From Candidatus Delongbacteria bacterium (GTDB lineage Bacteria; CAIWAD01): 64,000 nucleotides of DNA. Under the pieces are notes generated by a model. That model made no database searches and was not told the DNA's origin. It worked only from the letters and a program-made list of their open reading frames with translations. The translations under genes were made by a program, and so were the position numbers. Location of the stretch: contig OY760505.1 of the NCBI GenBank assembly GCA_963663545.1, positions 1,088,001 through 1,152,000 of the forward strand. The letters run 5' to 3'. Below are positions 28,927-38,600 of this stretch, piece after piece (position 1 is the stretch's first letter; each line of letters opens with the position of its first letter).

Positions 28927-30216
28927 TCACTTCAAAATTGTCCCCAAGCGAGGCACGCCACCCAGGCGTCCCTGCAAGTATTGCTTCCGCAGATCCTTGT
29001 CGAAGCGGTGCTTGAAGTCCGCAACGGAATAGAGGGTTGTAGCGCCCTGATAATCTCGCTCCGTCAGCCACATTTCGTCACGTCGCAGCAGGCTTTGATC
29101 CATCTGCAGAATGTCATGTGTAGTGAACAAGAGCTGGTTACGTGATTCCTCGCTGCAAGCGGCCAGGTAGAACTCCAGCAAGTGGCGTGTCAAGTGTGTA
29201 TGGAACCTTACTCCGATCTCATCTATGACATATACACGGGGATGCGACAACTCGGTCAACTGCAAGAAGGCTGGAATCAGGTCTAATGCACGAATGGAGC
29301 CATCCGATTCCATACCTAAACCAAAAGCCACTCTCTTGCCTTTGCAGCTCGAGTGAATCGCTGTCAGCTTTCGAGCAATTGGCTGCCCATCAACGTATGA
29401 CACAGTAAATCGGTCAGGGCCAATGTCACCAGCAAGAACCTGATCTTCTGCTAGCTCAGCCAACTCTTGGTCAAGAATCTCTTTGGGGATCATCAGGGAT
29501 TCAATGGGAACCACTTCTTCCCCGATCGCATCGATGTTAGTGTCCAACCCACGCAGTAACTCTTCGAACTTCTCCTTCCATTCCGACTCCGTACCAACCA
29601 AACGACCGAACTTGCGGTACCGTGACGTTGGATCTAGGGTTACTAATGTGTCACGGAACCAATTGAAAATGGGCCGGAACATGTCATGGTTCTGCGCAAT
29701 CAGGTTGTGTAATAAGAGCTGGTTCGAACGAGTGCCTTGAGCGATGAACCGCAGCCGATCCAAATCCTCTGGTTCAATACACCACTCAACCGGGCGACCG
29801 TTTCGCCGGGCAAATAGCAACCCTTCACGTTCACTTGCTAACGTCTCTTCTAGAACGGCAAGCTTCGTGACAGAAAAGGAGTACTCATACAGATCATCGC
29901 CAGCGAGCAACTGGATACTGAAAACAGTGGGTTTCTCTGCAAATTCCTCGTCCAGTAGAAAAGGAATGGTGTGAATCTGTTGATCGGGCTGTGTCCCGTG
30001 GACGACAAGCCGACGCACAAATCGCAGCGCAAGAAAGAGATTAGTCTTTCCTGAGGCATTGCCTCCATAGATCGCAGCAATCGGCAGCAGGTTCAGCTTG
30101 TGCTTTTGGGAGCGCGGCACGCGCTCCTTATGCTGGCGCTCGCGGCTAGCCACCATGCTCAAGGTGGCCTCGTCGCGGAAAGAGAGCCAGTTCTGGACGC
30201 GGAATTCCACTAACAT
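28927..30216 (-). CDS. rloA: RloA-family AAA_21 ATPase (AbiLi-like)
   Basis: YGGNASGKTN, ESDGS, VIDE, FTTHD, YLQGRLGGVP; paired with rloB. Confidence 0.85.
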   Translation of the reverse strand: MLVEFRVQNWLSFRDEATLSMVASRERQHKERVPRSQKHKLNLLPIAAIYGGNASGKTNLFLALRFVRRLVVHGTQPDQQIHTIPFLLDEEFAEKPTVFSIQLLAGDDLYEYSFSVTKLAVLEETLASEREGLLFARRNGRPVEWCIEPEDLDRLRFIAQGTRSNQLLLHNLIAQNHDMFRPIFNWFRDTLVTLDPTSRYRKFGRLVGTESEWKEKFEELLRGLDTNIDAIGEEVVPIESLMIPKEILDQELAELAEDQVLAGDIGPDRFTVSYVDGQPIARKLTAIHSSCKGKRVAFGLGMESDGSIRALDLIPAFLQLTELSHPRVYVIDEIGVRFHTHLTRHLLEFYLAACSEESRNQLLFTTHDILQMDQSLLRRDEMWLTERDYQGATTLYSVADFKHRFDKDLRKQYLQGRLGGVPRLGTILK

Positions 30217-30230
30217 GATTTACCCCAAAG

Positions 30231-30305
30231 GTGAGATTTTCACAACTGCAAGCCACAGTGTAAGCAAATCTCGGCGCAATCTCAGCCTAAAAGTGAGAAT
30301 CTCAC
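30231..30305. promoter_or_regulatory. Two operator-like palindromes upstream of rloA
   Basis: GTGAGATTTTCAC (30231-30243) and GTGAGAATCTCAC (30293-30305). Confidence 0.45.
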
Positions 30306-30393
30306 ATTTCACACATGTCTCTTTCCTTTAGCTCGTTATCCTGCTGGTCAGGAATTCATGCAACTGCAGATCGTGCGCCTTTGCGTGTCGCCC

Positions 30394-31443
30394 TTAAACC
30401 TCCTCGAGCAGAGCAACGATCTCCTCGGGGCTCGGCAGCTGATCCTGCAGCGCCGCTGGCAGCGTGGACGTGATCTGGTAGGTGGCAACGCCAATGGGCT
30501 TGCGCGAATCCCGCAGCGCATACTCCACAATCGTGCGGCTCTTCTCTTTGCAGAGGATGATGCCAATAGAAGCCTCTTCGTCCGGCTGCCTTACCCGATT
30601 GTCCAAGGCAGCTAGATAGAACTGCATCTTGCCCACGAACTCGGGCTGGAACTCGCCGATCTTCAACTCGAGGGCCACGAGGCAGCGCAGACGCCGGTGG
30701 AAGAGCAGCAAGTCGATGAAGAATTCCCTGCCATCCACCTCCAGCCGATACTGGCTGCCCATGAAGGCAAACATGCCGCCCATGGCACGCAGAAAATCCT
30801 CCATGCGAGTGATCAGCGCTCGCTCCAACTCGCGCTCGCTGTGCTGCTCGCCCAACTCCAGAAAATCAGAAGTGTACTCGTCCTTCACCGCCAGCTTGGC
30901 CTGCTTGCGCAGCTCAGGGCTGAGCGCTTGATCGAAGTTGGTCTGGCCGGTCAGCGATTTCTGGTAGCTCTGGTTCTCGATCTGGTGCACGAGCACTCTC
31001 TTCGACCAACCAAGCTTGCGCGTCATGCGCATGTAGAACTCCCGCTCCAGCGGATCCTTGCACTTGCTCAGGATGACGAGATTGTGTGCCCATGCGATTT
31101 CTCCAACCAGCGGTTGGAGTCTTTCGCAATCACGGTATTCGGTATAAAGCTGGCGCATATACCAGAGGTTCTGCTCCGAGAACCCACCAACACCGGGGAA
31201 CTCCTGTTTCAGATCTGCAGACAGGTGTACGACAACCGCGCGGCCCCAGCCCTCCTGTTCCTGCTTCTCTACAATCAGGCGGCCGATGTCCCAGTACAGG
31301 CCGACCAGTTGCTGATTGACCGCCCGTAGCGCCTGCAGCTGCGAGGCACGAACACGCTCCTTTACGTCATGCAATAACTTGCCGTAGTCGCGTGGGAGGC
31401 CAGACTTCGGCGACAGGTCCAAATCCGATCCAGTCATGAGCAC
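30394..31443 (-). CDS. DUF1016 / YhcG-family PD-(D/E)xK nuclease-domain protein
   Basis: LYWDIG, GFSEQNLWYMRQ, IDLLLFHRRLRCLVALELK, GKMQFYL, IGIILC. Confidence 0.9.
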   Translation of the reverse strand: MLMTGSDLDLSPKSGLPRDYGKLLHDVKERVRASQLQALRAVNQQLVGLYWDIGRLIVEKQEQEGWGRAVVVHLSADLKQEFPGVGGFSEQNLWYMRQLYTEYRDCERLQPLVGEIAWAHNLVILSKCKDPLEREFYMRMTRKLGWSKRVLVHQIENQSYQKSLTGQTNFDQALSPELRKQAKLAVKDEYTSDFLELGEQHSERELERALITRMEDFLRAMGGMFAFMGSQYRLEVDGREFFIDLLLFHRRLRCLVALELKIGEFQPEFVGKMQFYLAALDNRVRQPDEEASIGIILCKEKSRTIVEYALRDSRKPIGVATYQITSTLPAALQDQLPSPEEIVALLEEV

Positions 31444-31449
31444 CTTCTC

Positions 31450-34392
31450 CTACACCCGACACACCTTCATCACCTCGTCGCCCAGGTGGTTGATCACCTT
31501 GATAGCGATGCGTCCGCTGGCCGGTTTGGGGAATGGCCGTGAAACATCGCTGTGCAGGCTCGCCCAGGCCTCCTCGTCGATCTCGGCGCGCAGGGTGGTC
31601 TTGAGGGATTTGTAGGGATCGTTGGCGCCCAGGAAGTAGGCGTGGCGCACAAAGAAGCTCTCGCTGTTGTAGTCGGTGTCGATGAACCAGCAGGCGATGC
31701 CGTCCGGGTCGTCGCTGCGAATCTCGCCCTTGCTGGGATCAAAAACGTCCACGCCCGTGATACGCACGCGCAGCATGGGTTCGCCTTCCACCGCGAGCTC
31801 TTCCAGCTCGAACTCGGGCTCGCCGAAGACGACGAAGAGGTTGCCCTGGCCCGTGTTCTTGAGATCGCCCGCCATGTGCAGGTCGGCGTTCATGCGCGCC
31901 TTGAGCACGTGCACCTTGCCCAGCTTGTCGAACTCGGTGGAATGCGCGTCAAAACTGAAAGCGCAGGCGATGAGGATGTCGAAGCCGGCCTCTGACGCCT
32001 CGCGGGCGGCGTCCACCAGATCGGGGCGCGAGACGGTGCCGAATTCGGGGCCGATGAAAATGCCCGCGCGGCGCAGCTTGCCCAGCTCTTCGCTGCCCTC
32101 CAAATAGCGACCGCAGGCACAGACGTGCTCGCCCGGCCAGGGCTCGAGGTCGCGAAACTCGATGCGGTCCTTTTTGCGCGCCTGCTGCACGCCCGCGCTG
32201 CGCAGGTGTTCGAGCACCATGCTGGTGAAATCCTGCACACTGCCGTACTGCATGCGCGCTTCGGCCACGTTGTCCACCAGCTCGTCGTCCTCGCCCACCG
32301 CCAGCATGCGATGCGGGCTGATGGATTCCACCGTAAAGGGCCCGGCCACGCGCACGCGCTTGTTGTCGCTGTAGGGCTTGTCGTAGAGGTACTCGTAGTC
32401 GGCGTTGCGCGCAATGCTGTCGTCGATCTGGCGCTGGCGCGCGATGCGGCAGTCCCAGAACTCCTTGAAGGGCGCGTGACTGGCGGCCGGCCAGTCGGCG
32501 GGGGCTTCGCGGGGCACTTCCCACTCCACCAGCTCGCCCAAAGGCACCACCTCGCCCGAAGGCATGCTGAAGGTCTCGCCGGGCTGGGCGCTGAACTTGA
32601 TCTTCTTGCCTTTGCGCCCACCCGTTTCCACCGCAAAGGGCGTGGCATGGCCGCGCAGGGTGGCGTTCAGTTCGGCCAGCGCCTGCTGTAGTCTGGGCTG
32701 CCACTGTTCCCAGATCAGGTCGATCTCGGCGTTGTTGGCAATGGCCTTGAGCTTGATATGCGGCACACGCTCGTAGACAAAACCCTGACGCAGGGAGGGC
32801 GCGGGCAACTTGGCCTTGGCGGGCGAAGGCAGCAGCTCGCGGCCACTTATGGCGGCCTCTTTGGCTTTGCCCTCGGGGGTATCCGCCAGCAGATAGTAGG
32901 GATAGCGCGCGCCCATGATGCGTGCGCGGGCCAGGGCCAGCGCCACACGGGAGGTGTCGATGGTAATCCAGCGGCGCCCCCACTGCTCGGCCACGTAGGC
33001 CGTGGTGCCACTGCCGCAGGTGGGGTCCAGCACAAGGTCGCCGGGGTCGGTGGCCATCAGGAGGCACCTGGCAACCACAGCAGTTGAAGTTTGAACCACG
33101 TATACAAGGCCGGTGCCTATCTGGAGTGACTCCCACCGATCTGTGATAGGTAGGACAGCGAAATCATCGAGGAGGCGCTTGTACCGCGTAGTCAAAGCAC
33201 TGGCAGCAATGCGACTTGCTTTGACTAGCCTTGTCATCCCGAGAATCGTTGTTTTCCAGTGGCTGGAAGAGCCAGGTGTGTACTCTGTTCCCTGGAATCT
33301 GAACACTTGTTCCTCAGAAGCAAGCCCGGAACTAATCAGGCTTGTGTGCCGAAAGATGCGACCTTCCGGCAGAGGTGCTGTCCGCTCCAGTTCCTCACGT
33401 GATAACCTACGCTCGCGTCCGTTTTGCAATTCGATTTGATCGTAGCGATCAGAAGATACATGCCCTGCAATCCGGTCGTTGTACAGCTGCCGATACTTCA
33501 CGTTTGTCTTGCTCTTCGCATACCACAGAATGAAGTCAACTGTGTTGGCCAGAAGTGCAGACGCTTGGCTTCCTGTCTTCTGAACCTGAATGATGGAACA
33601 GAAATTCCCATCCCCGAACACCTCATCCATCAGCGCGCGAACGCGGTGCACGTTTTCGTCGCCGATCTGCACAAAAATGCTGCCACTCTCCGTCAACAGC
33701 TCGCGGGCCAGAAGCAGCCGGTCGCGCAGGTAGCTCAGGTAGCTGTGAATGCCGTCGCGCCAGGTGTCGCGAAAAGCCTTGACCATCTCAGGCTCGCGGG
33801 TAATGTGCTCGCGTTTGCCGTCCTTGACATCGCGGCTGGTGGTCGACCACTGGAAGTTGCTGTTGAATTTGATGCCGTAGGGCGGGTCCAGGTAGATGCA
33901 CTGCACCTTGCCCTTCAGGCCTTCGCGCTCCGCCAGGCTAGCCATCACCTGCAGGCTGTCACCCAGGATCATGCGGTTGGTCCAGTTGGCCTCGTGCTGG
34001 TAAAACTCGGTGCGGTCGGCGCCCTCGGGCAGGCCATTGAAATCGCCAAAGAGGTCGGTCTGCTCGCTTTGGGGCTGAGCCTGGCGGCGCTCGCTTTCGC
34101 GGCGCAGATCCTCAATGAGCACCTTGGGATGCAGCTTCTCTTGAATGTAGAGCGGCGGCGCCTGCACCTGCAGGCGGGCTTCGTCCTGCGCAGCCTTGCC
34201 ACGCCAGACCAGCTGAGGGTCCAGGTCGGGGTTGCGGCGCTCGTACTCCAGTTGCAGCGGCTCGCGAGTGCGGTCATCCAGCATGGCCTGGTGTTCGGCG
34301 GTGGGAATGTTGGTGCGCGAAGCTTCGCGGTGTACCAGGGCTTCCACCTGCTTGGGGGCGGCCTTCTTTCCGGGGGCTTGCTTGGCGGCCAT
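31450..34392 (-). CDS. mod: Type III R-M adenine DNA methyltransferase (Mod, beta class)
   Basis: YLDPPYG (motif IV) precedes DPTCGSGTT (motif I); C-terminal IAIKVINHLGDE; in cluster with Res. Confidence 0.9.
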   Translation of the reverse strand: MAAKQAPGKKAAPKQVEALVHREASRTNIPTAEHQAMLDDRTREPLQLEYERRNPDLDPQLVWRGKAAQDEARLQVQAPPLYIQEKLHPKVLIEDLRRESERRQAQPQSEQTDLFGDFNGLPEGADRTEFYQHEANWTNRMILGDSLQVMASLAEREGLKGKVQCIYLDPPYGIKFNSNFQWSTTSRDVKDGKREHITREPEMVKAFRDTWRDGIHSYLSYLRDRLLLARELLTESGSIFVQIGDENVHRVRALMDEVFGDGNFCSIIQVQKTGSQASALLANTVDFILWYAKSKTNVKYRQLYNDRIAGHVSSDRYDQIELQNGRERRLSREELERTAPLPEGRIFRHTSLISSGLASEEQVFRFQGTEYTPGSSSHWKTTILGMTRLVKASRIAASALTTRYKRLLDDFAVLPITDRWESLQIGTGLVYVVQTSTAVVARCLLMATDPGDLVLDPTCGSGTTAYVAEQWGRRWITIDTSRVALALARARIMGARYPYYLLADTPEGKAKEAAISGRELLPSPAKAKLPAPSLRQGFVYERVPHIKLKAIANNAEIDLIWEQWQPRLQQALAELNATLRGHATPFAVETGGRKGKKIKFSAQPGETFSMPSGEVVPLGELVEWEVPREAPADWPAASHAPFKEFWDCRIARQRQIDDSIARNADYEYLYDKPYSDNKRVRVAGPFTVESISPHRMLAVGEDDELVDNVAEARMQYGSVQDFTSMVLEHLRSAGVQQARKKDRIEFRDLEPWPGEHVCACGRYLEGSEELGKLRRAGIFIGPEFGTVSRPDLVDAAREASEAGFDILIACAFSFDAHSTEFDKLGKVHVLKARMNADLHMAGDLKNTGQGNLFVVFGEPEFELEELAVEGEPMLRVRITGVDVFDPSKGEIRSDDPDGIACWFIDTDYNSESFFVRHAYFLGANDPYKSLKTTLRAEIDEEAWASLHSDVSRPFPKPASGRIAIKVINHLGDEVMKVCRV

Positions 34393-34429
34393 CTGTGTGT
34401 CCTTCTCTCTATCTGGTTCTGGCGATTCG

Positions 34430-34467
34430 GCGTCCGCTTCTTGCGCGTCCGCTTCCTGCGCGTCCGC
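34430..34467. repeat. 15-bp tandem repeat, about 2.5 copies, just upstream of mod
   Basis: GCGTCCGCTTCTTGC GCGTCCGCTTCCTGC GCGTCCGC. Confidence 0.7.
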
Positions 34468-34710
34468 GGCGCTCAGTTACATACCCGTTACATCTGCAGG
34501 ACTTATTTCTTCTGGCAAAACCATGTGTTCTGTTACTTTCCGAAACGTATTTTTCATTTTTTCAGTGACTGAATTGGATCTTTTTTCTTGGCCAGTTACA
34601 TAGCGGTTACATATCACTCAGGTTCTCAGGATTTCTACTTCTCTTTTTCCTCACCTCTCGAAAGCACTCTCAGTACTGCTCCGACATTTATAAGAAATGA
34701 GCTTTTTGCT

Positions 34711-34927
34711 CTAGTCTTCCCCACAGGTCCGATGCAGAGTGGCCTGAAAATCGGTTATCACCTTGAGGATCTCCTCGAAATCGGGCACATCGCCGAAAAA
34801 CATCTCTGCCTGCATACCTTTGTAGTCTCTCGTCCATTTCCTCTTCCGATCTGGCGGTGGCGTCAACTGCCACTTGATTATAAGTCCTGCGTCTTGTCTC
34901 AGCGGGAAATGCAAGGAAGGCTTTCAC
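34711..34927 (-). pseudogene. AbiEii-type nucleotidyltransferase toxin remnant (N- and C-termini only)
   Basis: GTG overlapping the antitoxin stop gives MKAFLAFPAETRRRTYNQVA; in another frame the AbiEii-like C-terminus LTPPP...DYKGMQAEMFFGDVPDFEEIL follows immediately. Confidence 0.65.
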
Positions 34928-35535
34928 GCGCACCTCGAATCGCAAACACGCCGTATCACATCGCCAATCCAGGCTGGCGCTAGACGGATATCGCGCAGAA
35001 GCTGCCGGCATTCCTCCTCGCCAAGCCGCTCCGCCAAAATGCGAAGCTGGGCTTCGCCTACCTGTTCCTTGCCCAGGTGACGTAGCGCTTGTATCACCAA
35101 TCCGCTGATGCGACCGGCTGCCGCCATGTTGCGTGGCGTTGTGTGTTTGAGCTGAATCACCTGCTTGCCAATGCGAACGGTGCGTGCGCTTCCATCTGTA
35201 AGGAAGACGACCTGCATGGGGACTTGCGTACTCAGCCCGAGCAGATTGGCTGCATAGGCTCCGGCAGGCTGAATGCGCGCCTCATCTCGCCCGGCCAAGG
35301 CAAGCGCAATTTCATCGATGGAAGGATGCAGCACGCCAAGAAGTGCATCTTGCCGCGGAAAGTCGTACAAACCACGCCCTAGCTGCCGAATTATGCCTTC
35401 ATCACGCAAGCGCTGCAGAATGGTTGTCAAAGTAGAAGCACCCGCCAAGTCGCGAAAGTGCCTCGGCGTAAACACCCAGCCACGCTTCTTGCCTCTGATG
35501 CGTTTAAGTATTTTATTTTCTAGTGTTTCAGGCAT
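34924..35535 (-). CDS. Type IV TA antitoxin AbiEi-like (DUF6088)
   Basis: VFTPRHF, LQRL...GIIRQLGRGLY, AANLLGLSTQVP...FLTDG, VIQALRHLGK. Confidence 0.85.
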   Translation of the reverse strand: MPETLENKILKRIRGKKRGWVFTPRHFRDLAGASTLTTILQRLRDEGIIRQLGRGLYDFPRQDALLGVLHPSIDEIALALAGRDEARIQPAGAYAANLLGLSTQVPMQVVFLTDGSARTVRIGKQVIQLKHTTPRNMAAAGRISGLVIQALRHLGKEQVGEAQLRILAERLGEEECRQLLRDIRLAPAWIGDVIRRVCDSRCA

Positions 35536-35553
35536 ATTCTCATTAAAGCATTC

Positions 35554-35583
35554 TGGGACAAAATCTACTCCCTTTTTGTCCCA
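35554..35583. promoter_or_regulatory. Inverted repeat upstream of abiEi (putative autoregulatory operator)
   Basis: TGGGACAAAA-N10-TTTTGTCCCA, perfect arms, 18 bp before the ATG. Confidence 0.6.
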
Positions 35584-35620
35584 ACAATATCGCAGCAAAA
35601 AGCAGGAAAGCAAGAGCCGA

Positions 35621-38600
35621 TCAGCCCTTTGCCAACGATGAAATCAGACTGTCAAACTGGCTTTCCACTTTCGCCGCAAAGTCGGCTTCCATTTCGTAGA
35701 TGTCGCAGAACTCGGCAAAAGCCCAGCGACCATAACTGCCCAACTGGTTGACGCCCGGCACCCAGAGAGTGTCCATGGTCAGCTTCTTGGCCTTGGCGTC
35801 CTCGCCGCGGTAGCCTTTGATCTCCACCACCAGATGCAGCGGGTTGTCCTCGCCGTGGCCGTCGTCCACCTTCACAATGAAATCGGGCCGATAGCGGTGC
35901 TTTTCGCCGGCAAGCTGATAGGGGACTTCAAAGCCCAGATTGTGGTTCTTGACGTAGGCCAGCACCCTGGGGTGCGCCTCCGCCACGCGGCAGAACTCAG
36001 CCTCCCAGCCGGGTCCATCCAGAATCAGCCAGTTGAGGTGGCAGCGATCGAAGGCGGGTTCCCAGCGATCGGTCTTGGTGGTGTGAAAGCTGACGTGGGC
36101 GGTGGAACCCCAGGGGTTGTAGCTGTTGGGGATGGCCAGTACCCGGGCGCGCTGCCGTGTGCCGGCGATGATGGCGTGGTTGATGCGCTCGCAGGCCAGA
36201 TCGGCCATTTCGTAATACATCAACTGGGCGGGGTAGGTGCCGCCTTTGCAGCTCAGGCACTCTTCCAGCCACTGGCGCACAATGCGCTTCAGCTGATGAA
36301 AAAGGAACATCTTGGGTGATTTGCCCGCGTCGCGCCAGTAGTTGTAGAGCAGGTGCTGGGTCAGGTGGTAGATCAGGGTTGATGCGCGCACCTGCTGGGT
36401 GTGCACCAGAGTGAGATCGACGCCCTCGCCAATAAGCCCCGCATTCCTGGTAATTGAGGGGCCGATCAGCTCCGGCGTCAGCATCAGGCAGTGGTCGTCG
36501 CCGAAGGTGGCGCTCAGCTTGTCCGGCGGCAACTCCGTGCGATAGCCTTCGATGCAGGGGAAGCTGATCTCGCGCTCGGCGCGTTCGCGAAGGGCACGCA
36601 CGTGAATGGTCTCACGCGGCGGCTGCGGCTTGGCGGGCACCGCCTTGGCGGTGAAGTCGAAGGGAATGCCTAGCACGTCGGCGTACTCGACGGGAAAGAG
36701 CTTGTCCTCGCCCAGCTCGTAGGACTGGCGCCGCAGCGCGCGGCCGGTGACCTGCTCGCAAAGAAGCTGTGTGCCGAAAGCGCGAACGCCCAGCACGTGT
36801 GTCACATTGTTGGCGTCCCAGCCTTCGGTGAGCATGCTGACGGAGACCACGCAGCGCACTTGCTCGCCCAGTCGATCCACCTTGCCCACAGTGTTCATCA
36901 CCTCGCGCAACAGCTCCTGGTCGCTGATCTTGTCCGCGTCCTGCAGATTGCCGGTGCGCTCCACGCGCTCGCGACGGAACTGCTCGATTTCCGCCTTGGC
37001 AAAGACGCGGAAGTCCTTGTCGAGGGCGTCTCCCGATTCGAGTTGCTCGCTGTCAATAAGCAGCGTGCGCGGGCGCGGCAGCGGCTGGTTGTGCTCATCG
37101 TAGTTGCGAAAGAGCTTGAACTCGCCGTTGACCGTCTCCACCGATCCGTCTTCTAGCTCTCGCTCGAAGCCCGAGATATAGTCGTAGACCAGCTTGGAAG
37201 TGGAGGTGTTGTTGCAGACCACGATGAAGCACGGCGGCACGCGCAACCCGTGCTGCGACCACAGTGTGAAGGTTTTCTTGTAGTGTCCGTACAGCGCCTG
37301 TAGTGCCGTCTTGAGTTCGGTGGGCAGCTTGAGGGGGTCCAGCACACCCGCCTTGCCGCGTCCCTTCTTGGAGAGCTGCTTGCCCACGTGCGCCCACAGG
37401 TCGCGGAACATGGGCATATCATCCTGCTGCAAGTTGTCGGCAATGGGCACGCGCGGCAACTTGACAATGCCGCACTCGATGGCGTCCATCAGCGAAAAGT
37501 TGCACAGAGTCCAGGGAAAGAGCGTGCCCTCTTTGTAGCCCGATCCGCTCAGAAAGAAGGGCGTTGCGGAAAGGTCGACGACGCGAAGCTGCTTCACTTT
37601 TCGCTGCAAGGCTTCGATGCCGGAGATCCACAACCGGGCGGCCTCGCGGTTGCTGTCAGCCTGCTTCTTATCGTCGCCCTTCAGGTCGCCTTCCTCACTG
37701 CGATCCGGCTTTTCGCGATAGCAATGATGCGCCTCATCGTTGATCACCATGATAGTGCGCAGGCCCAGCAGATCGGGCATCACGCGCTGCAGCATCTGGC
37801 CTTCGCTCTCCAGCGTTTTCAGCTCCTGTCCACGACCCTGTAGTAGAGCGCGTCCACCGGAACTGAGTTCCATTGTATCACGCAGCTTGAAGGCGTGGTA
37901 GTTGGTGATCACGATCTTCGCCCGCTGGATGTCGGGCAGCATGTCCTGGGGAATCAGGTTGCGCGTCGAGTAGTAGTTGTCGGGGTCGTTGGGCTGTATC
38001 ACGCGCAGGCGGTCGCGGATGGTGATGCCGGGCGCGATGACCAGAAAGCCGTTGGTGAAGCGCGGGCTCTTGCTGCGCACGGCGTTGACCGTCTGCCAGG
38101 CAATGATCATGGCCATCACCGTAGTCTTGCCCGCTCCGGTAGCCAGTTTCAGCGCGATGCGCAACAGGTCCTCGTGGGCGTCGCGGTTGGCGTCCTCCAG
38201 GTAGGCCAGAACCTCTTTGCCTTTGGCGGATGTGGGAGCGACTTCCGTCAGCCAGATCAGCGTCTCCACCGCCTCCACCTGACAGAAGAAGGGCCGGATG
38301 CTGGGGAAGTCGTAGTGACGCCAGTGTTTGAGCAGCCGTTCTGTTTCGCGTGTCACGCCCCACTTGCTGGAGTCGGGAATCGCGCGCCATTCGTCCACGA
38401 GTTTGCGCAGGCCGTTGATGATGGGCGTCGGCTCGTGAACCTGACCCTTTGTATCACCGGGTTCGGTGAAATCCATTGCGATCGTCTTCTCGCCCTTGCG
38501 TCGCTTCTTCACCTCAGGGATCGGTGTCACGTAATCAGCAGGTCGGCGATGATACAGCACTTGGTTGGTCGGCTGGCCCTTGTCATCCAGCTCCCAGTGT

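Noticed and set aside
31890..34572. Long alternative-frame ORFs over mod (395, 382, 252 aa)
   Set aside because: Shadow ORFs of GC-rich coding DNA with no motifs
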